The notes under the pieces are model-generated. The model saw nothing but the letters and a program-made list of their open reading frames with translations. It searched no databases and was not told the origin of the DNA. From positions 43,695 to 107,694 of the forward strand of contig CAYJCZ010000005.1 in assembly GCA_964368835.1 (NCBI GenBank): a stretch of 64,000 nucleotides of DNA, written 5' to 3'. Below, in pieces: positions 57,702 through 64,000 of this stretch (position 1 is the stretch's first letter; every line of letters begins with the position of its first letter). This DNA comes from an uncultured Candidatus Saccharibacteria bacterium. GTDB taxonomy: Bacteria > Patescibacteriota > Minisyncoccia > Phycocordibacterales > UBA6065. The position numbers were made by a program, and so were the translations under genes.

Positions 57702-58810
57702 AACGATTTGAGTTCTTTTTCGAGGGTGTCGAGCATCGCCTCATCGGTAAATTTGCCAACAGCTTTCTTTGCTTCTTTTGCAATCATGAAGGCAATCGCT
57801 CGCTCAGACAAAAATCCTTTGATCGCTTCAATAAATGCGCCCTTATCATTTGGAGGAAGGAGTGCGCCACTGCGACCATGCGTAATCACTTCTGGATTTC
57901 CACCTATATCTGTTGTTACAACCGGTGTACCGATCGCCATAGTTTCAAGAATCTGATGAGAGAGGCCCTCGTACGACGTGTTGAGTACAAATACATCGGC
58001 CGCCTTTATATATTCAAAAAGCTCAGCCTGTGAAAGCCTGCCAGCAAGTCGGACCGCACCTGCCAGATTTAGTTCCATAATCCTTTTTTCGAGCTGTGGT
58101 CTTTCTGGACCGTCGCCCACGATGACAAGATTTGCATTGGGTAGCGATTCGATAATCTCAGGCATCATTTCAATCACTTCCATCATTCCTTTCCACGGAA
58201 CAAGTCTTCCGGCCGTAACAATAACTTCTCCCGACAAAGAAAGTCTTTTACGAATATTTGGCTTGAGTGCCTTTGTTACCGATACATGAAAACCGTTATA
58301 TATGACAGAAATCTTTTCCAAGGCGATGCCCCACGCAGAAACAATTCCTTTGAGATACTTGGACGGCACAACAATACGGAAAGAACCCTCAGCAACATAC
58401 ATCTGGATTCTCTTAAGGAGTCTTACCTGCCACGGATATTTTTCATGCTCTTTCACAAACTGATCGAGCGTATCTGATACGTTCCATCTCTGAGATCCTT
58501 GCTCCCAGGCATAGTCACCAGCAATACGAAGTACGAATTTTTTCTTTCGTACTTGAGCAGCAATAAGGGCCGGCAAACCTACTGAAACTGGATCCAGTGC
58601 ATAAATAAGATCAACATCCGGAGCCTTTCTTAAAAGTTCAAGAAAATACAAAAAATGTCGAATAATCTTTGGTTTGTCTAAATAATCGCCAAATGTGGCG
58701 ATCTCGACATCTATACCTCTTTTAGGTAGTTCGTCATATAAAAGTTTCGAATATGTAGCAGGTCCTCCAATCTGTGGCGGGAATATGCCGGTAGCTAAAA
58801 GGATTTTCAT
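57698..58810 (-). CDS. Glycosyltransferase family 4 (GT-B)
   Basis: 'NTSYEGLSHQILETMAIGTPVVTTDIGGNPEVI'. Confidence 0.8.
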   Translation of the reverse strand: MKILLATGIFPPQIGGPATYSKLLYDELPKRGIDVEIATFGDYLDKPKIIRHFLYFLELLRKAPDVDLIYALDPVSVGLPALIAAQVRKKKFVLRIAGDYAWEQGSQRWNVSDTLDQFVKEHEKYPWQVRLLKRIQMYVAEGSFRIVVPSKYLKGIVSAWGIALEKISVIYNGFHVSVTKALKPNIRKRLSLSGEVIVTAGRLVPWKGMMEVIEMMPEIIESLPNANLVIVGDGPERPQLEKRIMELNLAGAVRLAGRLSQAELFEYIKAADVFVLNTSYEGLSHQILETMAIGTPVVTTDIGGNPEVITHGRSGALLPPNDKGAFIEAIKGFLSERAIAFMIAKEAKKAVGKFTDEAMLDTLEKELKSL

Positions 58811-60039
58811 TCGCCCATTATATCAAAGACCTTCTTTTTCATATCACTGGAAACTATGTTCCAATCATATTTTTCCTTCACCATACTCATTGCATTATCA
58901 ACAATCTCGTCGCGTAACACTTTGTCGTGAAGGTACACCTCAACTTTCCGAGCAATATCTTCAGGTGAATGAACTTCGCAAAAAAGACCCGTCTCTTTAT
59001 TCTTCAAGAAATCAACAATACCTCCGACAGGTGTGGCGATTACAGGTAGTCCTGCAGCCATCGCCTCTATAAATGAATTTCCAAAACCTTCAGATAGTGA
59101 AGGGCGAATAAAAATGTCAGAGACCTTAAGATACTTTGGCATATCAGCGTGCGAAACATACCCAAGGAAGATTACGCGATCAGAAACACCTTTATCTGTT
59201 GCCAGCCTCTTAAGTTCCTCAAGTTGATAGCCTACACCGAGCACAAGCAGCTTTACATTTTTTGGTAAAAATTCGAGCGATTCGATGATATCGCCAACAG
59301 CATTCTTAACTACCAGCCTTGAGGTTGTTATAAGGAAAATATCCCCTGGTTCTTTATGGAGATTCCTTTTAAGGGTCTCAAGCTCCGCTCCAGAATACTC
59401 ATACGTAAAGCGTGCTATATCAACGCCATTTGGCACCACTTCGACCGCGGCCGTCGCACCCATATCATTTGCAAAATCTGCAAGATACTTTGAAATAGTC
59501 TGAATTTTCTGTGCATTTCGAAAAATCATTTTAAAAATTGAATACACAAGAAACTTCACAGGAATTTTTACAGGACCAATGATTACTTTGAAAGATTGAT
59601 TCTTTATATACTCAAGCGGATCACCCTCTTGAAGGGTAAGAATAAAAGGCACATTCATATGAAAAAGTTTAAAGAAAAGGGCGCCGAATCCCGAGTAGTT
59701 TGCCATCATGCCCCATATGCCATCAAACTTTTTCTCACTGTGCAGATGCGTCGCTTTTATCACCGCAAGGAATGGATACGCGTATTTATTAAGGTGTAAG
59801 TACCACGGCAGTGAATCCGCCGAATCTTTACTTTTGCCCGTCCAACCAACACGATGAACCATCACGTTTCCAATCTTCTCTTCTTTGGGGAGATTCTTAT
59901 CGAGTCGAAGTGCGATCAAATGAAATTCAAAATCTTCCTGATCCATTCGATCAGTTATTTCCTTAATCGCGATTTCTGCTCCGCCGATAAATCGCGGATA
60001 GTATACGAATGAAAATATGAGTACTCGTTTTGCTGCCAT
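58807..60039 (-). CDS. Glycosyltransferase family 4 (GT-B)
   Basis: 'RPSLSEGFGNSFIEAMAAGLPVIATPVGGIVDFL'. Confidence 0.8.
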   Translation of the reverse strand: MAAKRVLIFSFVYYPRFIGGAEIAIKEITDRMDQEDFEFHLIALRLDKNLPKEEKIGNVMVHRVGWTGKSKDSADSLPWYLHLNKYAYPFLAVIKATHLHSEKKFDGIWGMMANYSGFGALFFKLFHMNVPFILTLQEGDPLEYIKNQSFKVIIGPVKIPVKFLVYSIFKMIFRNAQKIQTISKYLADFANDMGATAAVEVVPNGVDIARFTYEYSGAELETLKRNLHKEPGDIFLITTSRLVVKNAVGDIIESLEFLPKNVKLLVLGVGYQLEELKRLATDKGVSDRVIFLGYVSHADMPKYLKVSDIFIRPSLSEGFGNSFIEAMAAGLPVIATPVGGIVDFLKNKETGLFCEVHSPEDIARKVEVYLHDKVLRDEIVDNAMSMVKEKYDWNIVSSDMKKKVFDIMGE

Positions 60040-60097
60040 ATCAGTCTTTGTTATTACTATAATAGTCTGTTTGTCTGAAAAGTTACTCTGATTTTAG

Positions 60098-61993
60098 TTA
60101 GACTTCAAGTATTCTCTTGAGCACATCTTCCGGTACTTCTTTTGCTTCATGCTTGGGAGCCTCTACTGGCTGCCTTCGCGCCTCAACTTTAGGCTCTTCT
60201 TTTGGAACATGTTTCTCCTCTTTCTTTGGCTCTTCTACTGGCTTTGGCTTATCCCCTGCAGTATTGCCTATAAGTGAAGCAAGAGCCTTCTTGAGATCTT
60301 CTCTACTTTCAGGAGTTACTCCCTTTTTCTCTGGTCGTGGAGTGTTGCCCGTACGCATAGAAGATTCTGATTTTGAGTGCTGCAAATTTTTAAGCGCATC
60401 GAGTCCCTGAAACCCATCAGCTTCATCTGCTGGAGGCTTTGGCATTTCTTTTCGTTCGTGCGGTACCTGTGGAGCTTGTCTGTCTCTGCTATCTCTGCCG
60501 TGATCATGATGTGGATGCTGGTCTCTTCGAGGCGCATCATTTGATGGTCGGGGAGAATGAGTCTGAGGCGGGTGTGAGTGCTGAGGGTGCGAAAGCGTAG
60601 TATGTGCTGTTTGTGTTGAAGGTGCTGCTGTTTGTGCTCCTCGTTCGTCAGGTCTTCGTGGCGGCTGTGCATCCCTTGGTTTGCCTGGCACTGCATTGAG
60701 TTCCTCACTCATAGTTTGCTTGCGCACCTGCTCTTCAACTATAGAACGCACCTGACCAAACTGTGCTCGAGAACTTTCAACAACCAAGTCTCTGTGTGAA
60801 ATAGCCGGCTCTGCGATTGGCGGCAGATTACGCGCTGAAAACGGCTGAGATCCAACACCGTCGATCATAAGGCGAAGGTACAGTTGAAACTGTCCCAAGT
60901 TAACTATATCTTCGGCTGTAAACTGTGGTGCAAACTCCTTTTCAAGTACTTCGGCATCATATGCTCCCACACGAAATACAATCATTGTTCCCACGTTACC
61001 GAACACCGCCGCCCTAACTTCTTCTGACATCTGCTCTATATATTGATGAGCAATGGTGAGGTTAAGCTTATACTTTCGCGCCTCTGACAAAATGTCGGCA
61101 AAAGACTCGTTTGCAAAAGACTGAAATTCGTCCACAAAAAGATAAAAGTTTGGAAGAGTCTTGAGTGTTTTTTCTGCCACGTCGGCACGTGACATTGCCG
61201 CAAGATAAATTTTGGTGATAAGCATCGCACCCAATAGGTTTGCGTTTGATTCTCCCACCCTTCCCTTAGAAAGGTTAACAATGATGATTTTGCGCTCGTC
61301 CATCATCTTTCGAATATCGAATGATGATTTTGGCTGACCGATAATGTTTCTAATAAGCGGATTGTTTGTAAACTGTCCGATCTTGTTTTGAATAGCGGGG
61401 GTCGCTTCTGCTGCAAACTTTTCTGTATACTTTGCAAATTCATCTACCCAAAAAGATTTCACGGCTGGATCACTAATATTGTCCACAACCTTTTTTCGAT
61501 ACGCTTTGTCAGAAAGCATTTTGTTTACACCCAAAAGAGTTGCCCCTGGATATTCAAGCAAGGCGAGAAGTGTATTTCCTAAAATGTATTCCATTCGAGC
61601 CGACCACGCATCAACCCAGATTTTTTTAAAGGTCGACATAAGACCCGACACGACGAGATGTCGCTTGTCATAGCCCACATCTTCCATCACGTTAAACGAT
61701 GCAGGAAAATCAGTATCGAAGGGTGCAAAATAGAGCACATCTTTGATTCGATGCTCTGGAACATAATTGAGGAGGAGTTCAGCAGTCTTGCCGTGAGGAT
61801 CAATAAAGCAGAGACCCTCGCCCGACTGAATATCTTGTACCGCCATGTTCTCAAGGAGGGTCGATTTACCCATACCCGTCTTACCGATGACATACATATG
61901 GCGCGTACGATCTTTGGCCTTTATGCCGAATTTTATTTTCTTATTTCTGGAGTCCGTCTCGGCGAAGTATGTGACTTTGTCATCGCTCGTCAT
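60098..61993 (-). CDS. P-loop ATPase of the VirD4/TraD/HerA-like (AAA_10/DUF87) clan with a long disordered C-terminal tail
   Basis: Walker A 'VIGKTGMGKSTLLENM', Walker B-like 'FYLFVDEFQSFA', and 'LTIAHQYIEQM'. There are no N-terminal TM helices. The last roughly 200 aa are rich in P/Q/H/K/E and of low complexity. Confidence 0.55.
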   Translation of the reverse strand: MTSDDKVTYFAETDSRNKKIKFGIKAKDRTRHMYVIGKTGMGKSTLLENMAVQDIQSGEGLCFIDPHGKTAELLLNYVPEHRIKDVLYFAPFDTDFPASFNVMEDVGYDKRHLVVSGLMSTFKKIWVDAWSARMEYILGNTLLALLEYPGATLLGVNKMLSDKAYRKKVVDNISDPAVKSFWVDEFAKYTEKFAAEATPAIQNKIGQFTNNPLIRNIIGQPKSSFDIRKMMDERKIIIVNLSKGRVGESNANLLGAMLITKIYLAAMSRADVAEKTLKTLPNFYLFVDEFQSFANESFADILSEARKYKLNLTIAHQYIEQMSEEVRAAVFGNVGTMIVFRVGAYDAEVLEKEFAPQFTAEDIVNLGQFQLYLRLMIDGVGSQPFSARNLPPIAEPAISHRDLVVESSRAQFGQVRSIVEEQVRKQTMSEELNAVPGKPRDAQPPRRPDERGAQTAAPSTQTAHTTLSHPQHSHPPQTHSPRPSNDAPRRDQHPHHDHGRDSRDRQAPQVPHERKEMPKPPADEADGFQGLDALKNLQHSKSESSMRTGNTPRPEKKGVTPESREDLKKALASLIGNTAGDKPKPVEEPKKEEKHVPKEEPKVEARRQPVEAPKHEAKEVPEDVLKRILEV

Positions 61994-62011
61994 TTGAGAA
62001 TAAGTATGCCA

Positions 62012-62050
62012 TTTTTTCGTTATAAAAAGAAGAACCCGCCGAATTGCTTC
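62012..62050 (-). terminator. Minus-strand intrinsic terminator about 20 nt upstream of the ATPase start codon
   Basis: Hairpin acccgccgaa-ttgc-ttcggcgggt, with TTCTTCTTTTTAT following on the minus strand. Confidence 0.6.
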
Positions 62051-62446
62051 GGCGGGTTGTGTAAGGCTTAAGGCCTCAAACTACGGAATCAGGTACCCCT
62101 CGGTTGGGTGAATTGCACCGTTCTCGCAGCAAAGCGAGCATCGATGTTACTTGCACCCTGAGTCGAGAGGCATTGGCCGGGCAAACCTTGGCGTCGTTCG
62201 GGCGGACGGGGCGTAGACCCCGACATATCCCGAAACGAATAGGCACCATGATGTACAGGACCAGGAGAAGGCGTCCCCCCTCCGATGACTCCATCTTTCA
62301 ATGTACTCATTTCGATATCAATTTCGATTTTTCTAGGCACTTTCTCGGAGGCGATCGTCCTTCGGGAAAGGTCCAAATCAGAGTGACTTAGACAAAGAAA
62401 ATCATACTCCTTAATCATGATATTGTAAAGGCCAGTCAATTTTGAG

Positions 62447-62488
62447 GAGAAAAATAAAAAAGCCGCACGAATCACTTCGTGCGGACTT
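62447..62488 (-). terminator. Minus-strand intrinsic terminator
   Basis: Hairpin agccgcacgaa-tcac-ttcgtgcggact, with TTTTTTATTTTTCTCC following on the minus strand. Confidence 0.65.
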
Positions 62489-62498
62489 GAAGCCAGTA

Positions 62499-62711
62499 TT
62501 AAATACCGGCCGAACGTACCCTGCGGCAAATCGGCTGTCTGCCCCGATCGCAGCTGTTGCAAATGTCTCCACTTCGCATGAGCGGCATGAGCTTTTTCCA
62601 ACCACAGGTATTGCACCTGTAGGCAAACACGATAACACAGTTGTTGACAAACCGAACCGTTCTAATCGATGCAACAACAAGAGGTCTGAACTGACGTTTT
62701 ATTGAGGTCAT
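62499..62711 (-). CDS. Candidate small zinc-ribbon protein (CxxC-x15-CxxC)
   Basis: A 70-aa ORF, 'YRCNTCGWKK...ICNSCDRG', lying between the GH-like gene stop (62788) and the 62447-62488 terminator. No homolog is recognised and it is GC-rich. Confidence 0.25.
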   Translation of the reverse strand: MTSIKRQFRPLVVASIRTVRFVNNCVIVFAYRCNTCGWKKLMPLMRSGDICNSCDRGRQPICRRVRSAGI

Positions 62712-62787
62712 CTAAGAGCCTTACCGAATTGTTGAATGAGCGAAACAACGTCAAAACTATATCATATAAAATTGACCCACGCAAGCA

Positions 62788-64000
62788 CTAGAGTGCCGGT
62801 TCAAGAGCGGCCCGAGTATACCTATTCCCTGCGTTCCATAGGAGCCATGAATCCAAGCCAGCGTCATACGCGGCCTTAATCTGATCACGCACCATTTCAG
62901 CAGTATAGGGAACGGGATAATTATTATCTTGAAGCCACGGTCTAAGCTTCCTTCTATCAAAGGGAGGCTTTTCATACATCGCTGGTGTAGAGGTACCGAT
63001 GCGAGCATTAGGAATAAATACTTTTGTGGTTGTAGCAATTGTTCTCTCCACTGCCCTGTCCATCGAATATTTCACGACTTCGTACACATGCTGATTTGGA
63101 TCGCCAAACCCAAGAAAAGTTTTTGGATAATGTGACGGATACACCATAGGAGAAATAAAATCGAAATTAGGCAAAGCATCTTCGAGGACCTGACCGATAT
63201 TAAGATCATCAAAGTTAGTAGTCGTCATGCCAAAAAGATCGGCAGAAATAACAATGCCCTTTGGTGACAACGTCTCATGCAAATATCCAAAGAAAGATCG
63301 CATCACATCACTTTTCTTTTGATCCCCACTCCACGGATAATAAATATCTTTCATGTTTCCGTCTGATGGGAACCTGATGTAATCAAAATTGATTTCATCA
63401 AATCCAATGCCATGCGCCTCTTGCGCAATATCGACAAGATACTTCCAGTGAGGACGTGCAGAAGCATCGATCCACGAGATACCCTTATGATCTGCCCACG
63501 CGGTTGTGGTCGCACTCTCTTTTTTAACCGCTAACTCTGGATGAAACTTAACTTGGAGAGCGTCCTGAAATGAAGCAAGTCGACCAATCACATAAATATC
63601 ATGGTCGTGAAGCTTGTCTATCAGATCTTGCATGTCGGGAACAAAACATCCCCCTTCAGCCTTTTTAATTATTTCGTCTTTTGCCTCAAAAGAAATATGT
63701 CCATCAAATGATTTAATATCAATCACCACAGCGTTGAGCTCGGTCTCATCGATAAGCTTAATTAAGTTATCTCGAAGATTTTTTACAGAAGCTACGCAAG
63801 ATGTCATGTATATGCCCCTTACAAACTCAGGCGTAGAAACATGAGTAGCTTTTCTGCCAGTATCTTCGATAACAGGAGTTGTCGTTGCAAGCACAACATC
63901 CTGACCCTGATATGTTGTGTCACTTAGGACAGGAACACCTATATAAAGCCCAATGGTAGCGAGAAGGAAAAGAAGCCCGAGGCCGATGCTCGTTCTGTAT
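62788..64000 (-). CDS. DUF4015-like putative glycoside hydrolase (TIM-barrel GH-like), N-terminally anchored/secreted; 5' end beyond the window
   Basis: 'FDEINFDYIRFPSDG' DUF4015 motif. The frame stays open to nt 64000 and encodes the TM/signal segment 'IGLGLLFLLATIGLYIGVPVL'. The track's 'M' at 63894 is a GTG codon inside the ORF. Confidence 0.55.
   Translation of the reverse strand, partial: YRTSIGLGLLFLLATIGLYIGVPVLSDTTYQGQDVVLATTTPVIEDTGRKATHVSTPEFVRGIYMTSCVASVKNLRDNLIKLIDETELNAVVIDIKSFDGHISFEAKDEIIKKAEGGCFVPDMQDLIDKLHDHDIYVIGRLASFQDALQVKFHPELAVKKESATTTAWADHKGISWIDASARPHWKYLVDIAQEAHGIGFDEINFDYIRFPSDGNMKDIYYPWSGDQKKSDVMRSFFGYLHETLSPKGIVISADLFGMTTTNFDDLNIGQVLEDALPNFDFISPMVYPSHYPKTFLGFGDPNQHVYEVVKYSMDRAVERTIATTTKVFIPNARIGTSTPAMYEKPPFDRRKLRPWLQDNNYPVPYTAEMVRDQIKAAYDAGLDSWLLWNAGNRYTRAALEPAL

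Noticed and set aside
62395-62415. AAGGAG followed by ATG and a 5-codon mini-ORF (MIFFV) on the minus strand
   Set aside because: The SD-to-ATG spacing is only 1 nt and the ORF has 5 codons. It is likely coincidental, though a leader peptide cannot be fully excluded.
62089-62616. 175-aa minus-strand ORF (and 72-aa and 95-aa ORFs) in the GC-rich zone
   Set aside because: It reads straight through a strong intrinsic terminator, and the peptide is G/P/R-rich low-complexity sequence with no start context. It is more likely non-coding structured RNA.

Overview
This 64-kb window is AT-rich (roughly 40% GC), with small, tightly packed genes and few obvious Shine-Dalgarno sites. It resembles a reduced-genome Candidate Phyla Radiation (Parcubacteria-like) bacterium; that is an inference from composition and gene content, not a database hit.

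Features by position:
- **Position 1 (window start):** the 3' two-thirds of a reverse transcriptase whose motifs (LGNLTSQ, YADDFVI) match diversity-generating retroelement (DGR) RTs. The rest of that cassette would lie upstream of the window.
- **1.3-33 kb:** a housekeeping stretch: mscL, tRNA-Val, tsaD, valS, a PrsW-like protease, hsp20, tRNA-Arg, tRNA-Phe, glutaredoxin, ftsB-like, lepA, murJ, a previously unannotated RNase P RNA (rnpB), nrdB/nrdA, gatB, obgE, eno, gpmI, secA and murB.
- **34.7-60 kb:** a large surface-glycan biosynthesis island with at least 10 glycosyltransferases (GT2, GT4, GT11, GT39), a Wzx-like flippase, GtrA, about five SAM-dependent methyltransferases, an AsnB-like amidotransferase, a truncated nucleotide-sugar dehydrogenase, an SDR epimerase/dehydratase, a DegT aminotransferase, a sugar C-methyltransferase-like enzyme and an Fmt-like formyltransferase.
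- **60-62 kb:** a VirD4/TraD/HerA-like P-loop ATPase with a long disordered tail.
- **62.05-62.79 kb:** a GC-rich zone with no convincing ORFs, bounded by two minus-strand intrinsic terminators; it is a candidate structured ncRNA plus a small zinc-ribbon ORF.
- **62.8-64 kb:** a secreted DUF4015-like glycoside-hydrolase-like gene that runs off the window end.

Other structure:
- A hairpin-rich segment with mutually exclusive pairings lies upstream of obgE.
- Two GC-elevated orphan genes sit at 25.1-25.6 kb and 49.1-49.8 kb.
- There is no CRISPR array, rRNA or transposase.
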